Assembly (NCBI GenBank): GCA_041694835.1 | Contig: JBGFRZ010000069.1 | Location: 1 to 27,779 of the forward strand | Source of the DNA: Ignavibacteria bacterium | GTDB lineage: Bacteria; Elusimicrobiota; Endomicrobiia; PHAN01 | Direction of reading: 5' to 3' | Length of the DNA stretch: 27,779 nt | In this document: piece after piece, positions 8,050 through 17,156 of the stretch | How positions within the stretch are numbered: the stretch's first letter is position 1 | How the letters are laid out: every line of letters begins with the position of its first letter | Made by a program: the position numbers and the translations under genes | The notes under the pieces: model-generated | The model's database searches: none | What the model was told of the DNA's origin: nothing | Seen by the model: only the letters and a program-made list of their open reading frames with translations

Positions 8050-8128
8050 CAAATAGCGAATAGCAAATAGTGACTGGTGGATGGTGGCTTGTGACTGGAT
8101 GAAACGAGCAACGAGTCACGATCACTAT
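8047..8128. repeat. Heptamer mosaic
   Basis: GCAAATA/GCGAATA, GTGACTG/GTGGATG and AACGAGC runs; shares AATAGTGACTGGTGGATGGTG with the 18525-18670 block. Confidence 0.75.
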
Positions 8129-8145
8129 TTTAGGGGGATAAGCGA

Positions 8146-8520
8146 ATGAGCGATTTATCGATAGCATTGATTACTATTTTCGGGACGGTGTCCTCGGTCA
8201 CGGGTGTGGTGCTCTATGTTTTTAACGGGACAAGAAAAACGATAGGCGAAATAAAAGAATTAGGGGGCGAGATAAGAGAGCTCATTGCGAAGATGGATGA
8301 ACGTCTTGTCAAGATGGATGAATACATTGTCAAGATGGATGAATACATTGTCAAGATGGATGAACACATTGTCAAGATGGATGAACGAGCAGAACAGCGG
8401 CATCGAGAAGCAGAACAATGGCGTCGGGAAATGGACGAGAGAACGGAACAGCGGCATCGGGAAGTAGTAGAATTGTTAAAGAGGGGATTTTGGGAAGTGC
8501 TGGCGGAAGTAAAAAAATAA
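8146..8520 (+). CDS. Hypothetical membrane-anchored coiled-coil protein with 7-aa tandem repeats
   Basis: N-terminal TM segment; KMDExxV x4 encoded by 21-bp repeats at 8290-8385; EQRHRE occurs twice. Confidence 0.8.
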   Translation: MSDLSIALITIFGTVSSVTGVVLYVFNGTRKTIGEIKELGGEIRELIAKMDERLVKMDEYIVKMDEYIVKMDEHIVKMDERAEQRHREAEQWRREMDERTEQRHREVVELLKRGFWEVLAEVKK

Positions 8521-9551
8521 TGAAAAGAATTAGAAACGTCACGATAACTACAGCGGTTAAGCGATGTAGTCGTGGACTTTGTAGTCGTCAAATTTTTGTT
8601 GACGCTTTGCGGCGATTAAAAATCGCCGGCTACTATTCTCTATTCTCTATTGCCTATTGCCTGTTACATGTTGCCTGCCTATACAGCGCGACCACGGCGG
8701 AGTTTTTGCGTCTGAACCCCTCGGCCGCTTCGTCAGGTGGCGGCGGAACGTCTCTTGCGATTGAAGGAACCGCCGATTCCGTTTTCTTAAATCCAGTTCT
8801 TTTGGCTTCTTTGGAAAAGAATGAACTTTCCGGTTCTTATGTTGCGTGGATACAAAACGTCAGATACGGCTCTTTTTCATACGCTCAAAAATTGGGCGAA
8901 ACCACTCTGGGGTTTGGCGTTCTTCATCTCGGTGTTGACGGCATAGAAGGTCGGGATGACAAAGGCGTAATTCTGTCTGAAAAACTTAGCGTCAGCAACT
9001 CCGTGTTTGTCGTGGCACATACTCGCAGAATAAGGGACAATTTTTTTGTCGGCGGCGGATTAAAGATATTTAACCAGTCGTATGCCGGAGTTGGCAATAC
9101 CGGCGCAGTTATCGATATCGGAGCTTTTAGCAATTTCCTCAAAAACATAAATTGGTTTGCCGCTTTGAGAAACTTGGGTCATTCCGTCGACGGACAGAAC
9201 ATGCCGCTTGATTTTACCGTCGGAGCATCTTATCTTGTCGGGAATATGCCGCTGAAGTTTATTGCAGAAGCACAAAATCCGTCAAATCTTTACCTGAAAC
9301 CGCGGCTCGGAGTTGAGTATAATCTTGACGCACTGGATACGGTTTTTCGTCTCGGTTATGAATATAAACGCGGCGACGTTTTTAGCGGACTTGGCGGCGG
9401 GATTTCCTTCCGAATGAATTTGAAACCCACCGAAACGTTGTTGGAGGAAAATCGGCTTAAGAACGAACTCGCTTTGCGTTTCGATTATGCACTCGGCACT
9501 CTTGGCGAACTCGGAGTTACCCACCGTGTCGGCATATCGGTCGGCTTTTGA
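8520..9551 (+). CDS. PorV/PorQ-family (FadL-like) outer-membrane beta-barrel
   Basis: AEFLRLNPSA...ADSVFLNP N-terminal motif and C-terminal FDYALGTLGELGVTHRVGISVGF. ATG 8520 overlaps the upstream TAA. Confidence 0.8.
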   Translation: MKRIRNVTITTAVKRCSRGLCSRQIFVDALRRLKIAGYYSLFSIAYCLLHVACLYSATTAEFLRLNPSAASSGGGGTSLAIEGTADSVFLNPVLLASLEKNELSGSYVAWIQNVRYGSFSYAQKLGETTLGFGVLHLGVDGIEGRDDKGVILSEKLSVSNSVFVVAHTRRIRDNFFVGGGLKIFNQSYAGVGNTGAVIDIGAFSNFLKNINWFAALRNLGHSVDGQNMPLDFTVGASYLVGNMPLKFIAEAQNPSNLYLKPRLGVEYNLDALDTVFRLGYEYKRGDVFSGLGGGISFRMNLKPTETLLEENRLKNELALRFDYALGTLGELGVTHRVGISVGF

Positions 9552-9583
9552 TTTTTCCTATATCTGATAAAAAAATTAGCCAC

Positions 9584-9861
9584 CTAGTGTCCTGTCCCGC
9601 AAATACCTTTACATTTGAAGGGTAGGATTTGAGACGGATTCAAGAAACGACGAGTGCGGTGTATCCTCTGCGATACATAAACGAGGAGTGACGCAGGAGC
9701 CGTCCAAATAATACCCTTCCCGAAGGGCTGATGTCTTTTGTTCATCGTCGGCGTTGCTCGTCGCTTACATACCGCAGAGGGTATGCTTCGCTCCTCGCGC
9801 CTTGACGCTGAAACAAAATACGAACAGCGAATGTAAAGGTATTAGTGAGACAGGACACTAG
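9584..9861. mobile_element. MITE-like non-autonomous element (278 bp)
   Basis: 32-bp terminal inverted repeats CTAGTGTCCTGTCCCGCAAATACCTTTACATT / AATGTAAAGGTATTAGTGAGACAGGACACTAG (3 mismatches), CTAG at both ends, extensive internal stems, no transposase. Confidence 0.85.
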
Positions 9862-9937
9862 AACACGGAAGAGGTTAGAGAATTAGTCATCTAATTCACT
9901 AATCAACTAATCCACTAATTTACTATCTACCGATAAT

Positions 9938-11008
9938 ATGGAACAGCATTTAGGTCCACTTGACGAATATTTCAAGGACGATAATGTTACCGAAATAATG
10001 GTCAACGGCAAAGACCAGATACTCGTCGAGCGCGGCGGAAAACTGGAAATCGCTGAAAAACGATTTGTCGACGATAAAGAACTAAACGACGTGGTCGATG
10101 CGATGGTCAAACCGATAGGAAGGATTGTCAACGAAGAAACGCCGATTGTGGACGCGCGCTTACTTGACGGTTCCCGCGCCAACATAGTCGTCCCGCCCAT
10201 TTCCCTTATGGGTCCGCTTGTAACTATAAGAAAGTTTTCCAAGAAACGTCTTGTGATACAGGATTTAATCGACTTTGGCACGCTTACCAAAAATATGGCG
10301 GAGTTCATAAGGCTCTGCGTCGAATCGAGAAAAAATATCATAATCGCCGGCGGTTCGTCATCAGGCAAAACCACGTTGTTGAACGTTTCTTCGTCGTATA
10401 TCCCCGAAGATGAAAGAATACTGACCGTGGAAGAAACATCGGAATTGCGGTTAAATCAAACCCATGTCGGCCGCCTTGAGGGCCGCCCCGCCAATATCGA
10501 GGGCAAATTCGCCATTACCATACGGCATCTCGTCATAAATGCTCTTCGGATGAGACCCGATAGAATTATTGTCGGAGAATGCCGCGGCGGCGAGGCGCTC
10601 GACATGCTTCAAGCGATGAATACCGGCCATGACGGCTCGATGACCACTATACACGCCAACACCCCGAGAGATTGCCTGAAGCGCCTTGAGGTGCTTGTGT
10701 TGATGGCGGGATTTGATTTGCCCGTTCGCGCGATAAGGGAACAAATTGCCTCTGCCATCCATATCATAATTCAACTCTCCCGTCTACCCGACAGTTCTCG
10801 CAAAGTTACCGAGATTTCGCAAGTGAGCGGTATGGAAGGCGACACGATAACCACAAGTTCGATTTTTAAATATTTTCAAACCGGGACCGACCCGAAGACG
10901 GGCAAGGTGGTCGGCGATTTTAAGTTCACAGGAACAATCCCAACATTCCTTGAAGAAGTAAAAGCCATGGGTATCAAGGTGGATATGTCGATTTTTCAAA
11001 ACGAATGA
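9938..11008 (+). CDS. cpaF: CpaF/TadA-family pilus ATPase, short paralog 1
   Basis: [30 protein letters not shown], Walker [40 protein letters not shown]. Confidence 0.93.
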   Translation: MEQHLGPLDEYFKDDNVTEIMVNGKDQILVERGGKLEIAEKRFVDDKELNDVVDAMVKPIGRIVNEETPIVDARLLDGSRANIVVPPISLMGPLVTIRKFSKKRLVIQDLIDFGTLTKNMAEFIRLCVESRKNIIIAGGSSSGKTTLLNVSSSYIPEDERILTVEETSELRLNQTHVGRLEGRPANIEGKFAITIRHLVINALRMRPDRIIVGECRGGEALDMLQAMNTGHDGSMTTIHANTPRDCLKRLEVLVLMAGFDLPVRAIREQIASAIHIIIQLSRLPDSSRKVTEISQVSGMEGDTITTSSIFKYFQTGTDPKTGKVVGDFKFTGTIPTFLEEVKAMGIKVDMSIFQNE

Positions 11009-12078
11009 CTAATCAGTATTTAGGACCCATCGAGGATTATTTCAACGACGAGACCGTCACGGAAGTTATGGTCAACGGCAAAGAGCAGATATTTATCGAG
11101 CGCGCCGGAAAACTAACCCTGACGGATAGAAGATTCATCGACGATAAGGAAATGGACGCTGTAATCCAGTCGATACTCAAGCCCATAGGCAGAAAAATCG
11201 ACGAAGAAACTCCGCTTGTGGACGCCCGCCTCTTGGACGGCTCACGCGTCAACATCGTCATCCCGCCGATTTCTCTGGTCGGCCCGATGCTCACCATAAG
11301 GAAATTTTCCAAGAAACGTCTTGCCGTCCAGGATTTGTTCAACTACGGCGCTCTGACGAAAAACATGGCAGAATTTGTTCGGATGTGCGTTGAAGCGAAA
11401 AAAAACATCATAATTTCAGGAGGGACCGGCTCTGGTAAGACGACTTTTCTCAATGTCGCTTCATCGTATATCTCAGAAGTTGAAAGAATTCTGACGATAG
11501 AAGACACAGCAGAACTTCGACTTAATCAGCCGCGGGTGGCGCGGCTTGAAGGCAGGCCCGCAAATATCGAGGGAAAAGGGGCGATAACCATAAGGCTGAT
11601 GGTTATGAACGCTCTTCGGATGAGACCCGATAGAATTATCGTCGGAGAATGCCGCGGCGGCGAGGCGCTCGACATGCTTCAGGCAATGAATACGGGTCAG
11701 AGCGGCTCTATGACTACTGTGCACGCCAACAATCCGCGCGATTGTCTGAAACGTCTCGAGGTTATGGTGCTTATGGCTGGCTTCGATTTACCAGTGCGCG
11801 CTATAAGAGAGCAGATAGCGTCCGCCGTCCATATCATAGTCCAACTCTCACGCATGACCGACGGCTCTCGCAAGGTAAGTGAAATCTCGCAGGTGACCGG
11901 CATGGAAGGCGAAATAATATCCATGGCGCCGATATATAAGTTTGTCCAAAGCGGTCTCGACCCCGCCACCCGCAAAGTCGTGGGGGAATTCAGAGCGAGC
12001 GGCTCAATTCCCACTTTCTTGGAAGAAGCCAAAACGAAAGGGATTAAGTTTGAGATGTCGATATTTCAGAATTCGTGA
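11005..12078 (+). CDS. cpaF: CpaF/TadA-family pilus ATPase, short paralog 2
   Basis: Walker [31 protein letters not shown] overlap with paralog 1. Confidence 0.93.
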   Translation: MTNQYLGPIEDYFNDETVTEVMVNGKEQIFIERAGKLTLTDRRFIDDKEMDAVIQSILKPIGRKIDEETPLVDARLLDGSRVNIVIPPISLVGPMLTIRKFSKKRLAVQDLFNYGALTKNMAEFVRMCVEAKKNIIISGGTGSGKTTFLNVASSYISEVERILTIEDTAELRLNQPRVARLEGRPANIEGKGAITIRLMVMNALRMRPDRIIVGECRGGEALDMLQAMNTGQSGSMTTVHANNPRDCLKRLEVMVLMAGFDLPVRAIREQIASAVHIIVQLSRMTDGSRKVSEISQVTGMEGEIISMAPIYKFVQSGLDPATRKVVGEFRASGSIPTFLEEAKTKGIKFEMSIFQNS

Positions 12079-12851
12079 TAGATTAGCGACGTAGCAACAT
12101 AGCGGCATAGCGAACAGCAAATAACAGATAGCGGTTAGCGTAAAAAAGATGTCCGAGACTATGTGCCAAAGTTGGTTATGACTAGCAAAAGCGAAATTAA
12201 AAAAATGTTTAAGAGTACAATCGAAATAAAATAGTGAAAAGGGAGCATGAAGGAATTTTATTGGGTGGTATATTTATATAGCGAGAAAAAGCCGCTTGTG
12301 GTGTGTTCGCTTACGTAATTGTTCGAGATAGACAAAAGTGCTATAGAATTTATCAAACTCTGCGGTATTGATGAAACTGGTCTCACTCATGAAATAAACC
12401 TTGAGTTGAGTAGTTATAAAGTTTTATCGGGGCAATGATATTCGCTTATATACTGAACATCATGACAAAAAACCTGTCGGAAAACTTTTAGTCGAGTCAT
12501 CAAATTTAATAATACAAAAACAATTGGAAGAATGTCTTGAAGAGCAGACAAATTGCAAGTACAACAAAAGATAGTGCTCTGTCTCGCAAATAGTTGACAT
12601 TTTGGAAGTATGTATTTGAAGTATGTGCGGTATCGCTCCGACTTCAATCGTTAAACAGGAGAATTATGTAGTCCCCCGATTCATGAGATTACTGAAAAAG
12701 GTCTTTCAGCACAGATCGCACCGAGAAAAACCATCTATGAACCACCGAAAAGATTTCTCTGTGAACTGTGGGCGGAGTTTATCCCGTTTCATGCGGGACG
12801 GCAAAAATAAAAAATAGAACCGTCCCTATAATTCTATTCCGGAGTTAAGTT

Positions 12852-14276
12852 ATGTCGATTAAATTTAAATTTGTGGTTTTTCTGAGTTGTCTGATAATTT
12901 CTATAGTAGCCGGGGTCAGCTATTTCATTTATGTTTCGGAAAGCAGAGTTTTGGTAGATGAAATACACCAAAGACAAGTATCGGTATTGAAAGGGCTTAA
13001 GCAAATTAGTGAAGAGGCATTTCTGGTAAAAGATGATTTGTTGCTTATCAATTATCTGAACTCGGTAAAGAAAACAAACAGGGGAGTCGAGTACGGCGCG
13101 ATTCTAAATAATGACAATTTAATTTTAGCGCACACCGATGCATTAAAAATGAGAATGAGCGACGATTCTCGAGAAGCAGAAATCGCATTGTCTTCATCGG
13201 AAATAATCTCTCAAGACATTGTTAAAGATGGCGTCGATATTTTTGAGTTATCTTCACCCATCGTTTTGGGCATGGAAAGAATTGGAACGGCAAGATTGGG
13301 ATTTTCCAGCAAGGTGACCGATGAAATAATATCAGAATCGCTCTCGGAAGCAAAGGAAAGGATTATGATGGTCGGAACGACATCTCTCGTCATAGGACTT
13401 TTATTCGGAATAATTTTTGCGTCCGCGATGACGCATCCCATAACTAAATTAGTTAACGGCGCCAAGCTTATTGGTGCCGGCAAATTGGATACGGTTATCG
13501 AGGTTAACCGCAAAGATGAACTTGGCTATCTTGCAAGCGAATTTAACATAATGGCTGCGAAACTTAAGGAGTTGGACAATCTTAAAAACGATTTTGTTAA
13601 TTCTGTTTCACACGAATTAAGGTCGCCTTTGTCGGCAATAAAGGGATATCTCGACTTCTTGCTCAAAGGGACGGTTGGCCCCGTCAATGAAAAGCAGCAT
13701 GAATTTTTGAACATAATAAAAAATAATACAACCAGACTGACGAATTTTATCAACAGCGTATTAGATGTGGCAAAGATAGAAGCAGGGAAACTCGAATTAG
13801 AGAAACAACCAGGCAAAATCCAAGAAGCGATAAAGGACGTTGTTGTTTTATTTAAGCCACTGTCTGACGAAAAGGGCATTGCCTTAAATTTAAGGTCTAA
13901 CGAAGAAATACCGGGTTTTAATTTTGATTCTGAAAAAATCCCGCAGGTTGTCACTAATTTAATATCAAACGCGATAAAATTCACGCCGAAAGGCGGAGTA
14001 ATAAAGGTTAAAGCTGATTTTAATACGAATGCAAGAAATGAAATAAAAGTTTCGGTTACCGATACAGGAGTCGGAATATCCAGGGAAGATTGCGCAAAAC
14101 TATTCAATAAATTTGTGCAGGTAAGCATCGCCAAAAAAAATCTCGCCGGACAAAAAGGCACTGGGTTGGGACTATCAATCGCCAAGGGAATAGTTGAATT
14201 ACATGGCGGAAGGATATGGGTCGAATCGGAGTTAAACAAAGGCAGCACATTTTCTTTTACGCTGCCGATTTCATAG
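12852..14276 (+). CDS. Membrane sensor histidine kinase, paralog of 2086-3516
   Basis: 2 TM segments, [35 protein letters not shown]; shares periplasmic DDLLLINY with the first kinase. Confidence 0.95.
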   Translation: MSIKFKFVVFLSCLIISIVAGVSYFIYVSESRVLVDEIHQRQVSVLKGLKQISEEAFLVKDDLLLINYLNSVKKTNRGVEYGAILNNDNLILAHTDALKMRMSDDSREAEIALSSSEIISQDIVKDGVDIFELSSPIVLGMERIGTARLGFSSKVTDEIISESLSEAKERIMMVGTTSLVIGLLFGIIFASAMTHPITKLVNGAKLIGAGKLDTVIEVNRKDELGYLASEFNIMAAKLKELDNLKNDFVNSVSHELRSPLSAIKGYLDFLLKGTVGPVNEKQHEFLNIIKNNTTRLTNFINSVLDVAKIEAGKLELEKQPGKIQEAIKDVVVLFKPLSDEKGIALNLRSNEEIPGFNFDSEKIPQVVTNLISNAIKFTPKGGVIKVKADFNTNARNEIKVSVTDTGVGISREDCAKLFNKFVQVSIAKKNLAGQKGTGLGLSIAKGIVELHGGRIWVESELNKGSTFSFTLPIS

Positions 14277-14286
14277 GAGGTTTGTA

Positions 14287-14676
14287 ATGGAGAACAAAAA
14301 AATTTTGGTAATTGATGACGAGCACGCATTGGCGCAGCTGATAAAACTGGAATTAGAATCGAGGGGATATACTGCCGAGATGGTTTTCAGCGGAGCGGCC
14401 GCAATTGAGAAACTGAAAACTTATAAACCAGATTTGATAACCCTTGACGTTATGATGCCGGATATGACAGGTTTTCAGGTGCTTGAACTTTTAACGGCCA
14501 ATGAGGAGTATAAAAAGATACCGGTTATTTTTGTTACGGTAATTGCCTCAGAAATCCAGAAAAAACGGGCGAAGGAAATGGGAGCATACGATATGATTCC
14601 AAAGCCGATAGATTTTGACAAACTGGTTGGATTAATTGAAAAGATGGAAGATTCGTTCATAAGATTGCATCTGTAA
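14287..14676 (+). CDS. Single-domain response regulator
   Basis: ILVIDDE, DLITLDVMMPDMTG, KP motif; AGGAGG RBS. Confidence 0.92.
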   Translation: MENKKILVIDDEHALAQLIKLELESRGYTAEMVFSGAAAIEKLKTYKPDLITLDVMMPDMTGFQVLELLTANEEYKKIPVIFVTVIASEIQKKRAKEMGAYDMIPKPIDFDKLVGLIEKMEDSFIRLHL

Positions 14677-14680
14677 AAAT

Positions 14681-15619
14681 ATGGAAACGATACTAATAGT
14701 TGACGACGAAAAGGACTTAAGAAACATGCTGTCTTTTGGTCTATCAACAAAAGGCTACAAGGTATTAGAAGCTTCCGATGGTCAAGATGGGCTGGAACAG
14801 ATTTATCGGAATGTTCCCGATATCGTCGTTACGGATGTCAGTATGCCGGTGATGGACGGTTTTACTCTGTGCCAGAAAATAAGAACGGATATCATTATTT
14901 CTCACTTACCCGTAATAATGCTTACGGTGCACAGGGACGATCTATCCCAATTAAAAGGGTTGAATATCGGTGTGGACGATTATGTTGTCAAACCTTATAA
15001 TTTTGACATCTTGTGCGCCAAAATAGAGAATGTTTTAAGAAGGAACAAGCAGAATTTAGATGCAAATCCACTTACAAAACTTCCCGGAAATGTTTCAATA
15101 ACACGTGAAATAAATTATTTGATGCACAACAAATCCCCTTTCGCGTTTTTATATATTGACTTGAACAACTTTAAGCCGTTCAATGATTATTACGGTTATG
15201 CCAAAGGAGATGAAGTAATCAAGATGCTCGCAAATGCCGCGGTGAAAGTTGTAAAAAATTTTGCGGACGAACATCCACCGAAATTTGTAGGGCATGTCGG
15301 CGGGGATGATTTCGTCATACTTGTTGTTCTTGGTATCGCTGAAAAAATTGCTCAGGAGATTATCGAACAGTTTGATGAGAAAATAACGGAATTTTATGAA
15401 CCCGAAGATATTGCTCGCGGCTTTATAACCACCACATCGCGCAAGGGAGATACCGCTAAATTTCCGATAATGGGAGTCTCAATCGCAATTACCACGACGG
15501 AAAACAGAAGATATAATCACTTCGGCGAATTAAATGCCGTTGTCGCCGAAATTAAAAAAAAGGCGAAAGAATCTAAAAGAAGTTCATATTTTATTGACAA
15601 AAGAAAGACCGTGGAATGA
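14681..15619 (+). CDS. Response regulator with a GGDEF domain (GGDDF variant)
   Basis: Receiver domain (VDDE, DVSMP, KP) followed by NPLTKLPGN, DLNNFKPFNDYYG and GHVGGDDF. Confidence 0.9.
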   Translation: METILIVDDEKDLRNMLSFGLSTKGYKVLEASDGQDGLEQIYRNVPDIVVTDVSMPVMDGFTLCQKIRTDIIISHLPVIMLTVHRDDLSQLKGLNIGVDDYVVKPYNFDILCAKIENVLRRNKQNLDANPLTKLPGNVSITREINYLMHNKSPFAFLYIDLNNFKPFNDYYGYAKGDEVIKMLANAAVKVVKNFADEHPPKFVGHVGGDDFVILVVLGIAEKIAQEIIEQFDEKITEFYEPEDIARGFITTTSRKGDTAKFPIMGVSIAITTTENRRYNHFGELNAVVAEIKKKAKESKRSSYFIDKRKTVE

Positions 15620-15639
15620 ATTGTGTCCGTGGAAAAAGA

Positions 15640-15756
15640 GATAAAAGTTTAGAGTTGAGAGTTTAGAGATAAAGGCAATAGCAAATAGTAAATTACGAAT
15701 AGTGAATAGTAAAGATAGAAAGGTAGAAGGGTAGCTTCCCGATGGACATCGGGACG
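15640..15756. repeat. Composite heptamer/octamer repeat block (same module order as 1930-2041)
   Basis: AGTTTAG/AGTTGAG, GATAAA, GCAAATA/GTGAATA, GTAAAG, octamers, GGGTAGC, TCCCGATGGACATCGGGA hairpin. Confidence 0.8.
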
Positions 15757-15776
15757 GTGAATATCATAGGAGATTA

Positions 15777-17039
15777 ATGACGACAGTTATGCTTGATTTA
15801 CCTACGACTTTTTTAAAAGAGTACTCATTTCAGATAGTAATATCTATAGTATTTATTTCAGCGGTGTCCCTGACGATATTTATTTCGCTCGCGATATATA
15901 AGTGGAACACTCGTCACATATCAAAACTGGCAGAAGCCATGCGCGTTATAGGCGCCGGCGATTTCGGACATAAAATTGCCCTAAATACGAAAGGCATGAT
16001 AGTAACTCTTGTTCGCGAAATAAACGACATGAGCGAAAATATAGACAACAAGTTCAAAAAACTCCAGACGATATCTTACAACCTTTTCTCATCGATAGAG
16101 TTGAACGCCGCTCTGAAGACCTCTCTGGACGCCATACTTGAGTTAACCGGGGGCACCGTCGGTCTTATAATGCTTGTCAACGACGACGAAACCCGGCTCG
16201 ACTTTGCCATGGCCGAAGGTATAAAGCCAAAAATTGTCGGCGACGACATTTTCATAAGGCATGGAAGATTTGCCGTTCAGCTTTCGAACGATTTTCGCGA
16301 GTGGATAAAAAACCCTGCCAATAACAGAATATTTTCCGTCGAAGATTTAAACAATATCCCCGCCGCCACGCATATAATGGAGTGGCTCAACGCCGCCGGC
16401 TGTGATTTTTTTGCTCCTCTCTTGCTAAAAGATCAATTGAAGGGATTTTTCCTTTACTCGTGCGAACTGCGCGGCTCCGTAAATTTTTTAAACACGTTGT
16501 TTTACCAGATTACGATGGCCATAGAAAACGCCCGCCTTTATCACTTGGCCGTCACCGATGGTCTTACCGGACTTTATAACCACGGGTACTTCCAGATGAG
16601 GTTAAAACAGGAATTCCAACGCGTCCACAGATACGGCACACAGTTCTCTCTTATGATGTTCGACATCGACCACTTCAAAAAGTTCAACGACACACATGGC
16701 CACCAGATTGGCGACATGATACTAAGAGAAGTGGCAAAAATTTTAAAATACCAATCCCGAGAAGTAGATATAGCGTCACGTTATGGCGGCGAAGAGATGG
16801 CGGTGATACTTCCCGAAACAGACATCAACGGCGCCGCCAAGTTGGCAGAGAGAATACGTTTAATCGTTGAGAGGTATAGGTTCTCACACAACTTGAAAAT
16901 CACTGTCAGCATAGGACTGTCATACTGTAATTCAAAAGCGCCGGCGGACAAGGAAACTTTGATAAAACATGCCGACATCGCTCTGTACAGAGCAAAGGCC
17001 GAAGGCCGCAACAGGGTCTGCGCTGCGAGCAATGAATAA
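15777..17039 (+). CDS. Membrane diguanylate cyclase (TM-HAMP-GAF-like-GGDEF)
   Basis: AIENARLY, TDGLTGLYN, DIDHFKKFNDTHGH, I-site REVD, RYGGEEM, ADIALYRAKAEGRN. Confidence 0.92.
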   Translation: MTTVMLDLPTTFLKEYSFQIVISIVFISAVSLTIFISLAIYKWNTRHISKLAEAMRVIGAGDFGHKIALNTKGMIVTLVREINDMSENIDNKFKKLQTISYNLFSSIELNAALKTSLDAILELTGGTVGLIMLVNDDETRLDFAMAEGIKPKIVGDDIFIRHGRFAVQLSNDFREWIKNPANNRIFSVEDLNNIPAATHIMEWLNAAGCDFFAPLLLKDQLKGFFLYSCELRGSVNFLNTLFYQITMAIENARLYHLAVTDGLTGLYNHGYFQMRLKQEFQRVHRYGTQFSLMMFDIDHFKKFNDTHGHQIGDMILREVAKILKYQSREVDIASRYGGEEMAVILPETDINGAAKLAERIRLIVERYRFSHNLKITVSIGLSYCNSKAPADKETLIKHADIALYRAKAEGRNRVCAASNE

Positions 17040-17156
17040 TGACGAATAACAGATGGTATGTAGTAGGTAGGTAATCAGTAATCGGTAAAAAACAGGCAAT
17101 TGGCAATCACCGATCACTGATGACTGATTACTTAGCATTAATAGGAGTAAAACATC

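Noticed and set aside
13526-14329. 267-aa minus-strand ORF and similar antisense ORFs over the kinase, cpaF, cpaB and tadB genes
   Set aside because: They overlap well-supported plus-strand genes and have no domain signatures.
14681-17039. Hypr-type (cGAMP-producing) GGDEF enzymes
   Set aside because: Both proteins keep Asp at the specificity position (AKGDEV, QIGDMI) instead of the Ser seen in Hypr enzymes.
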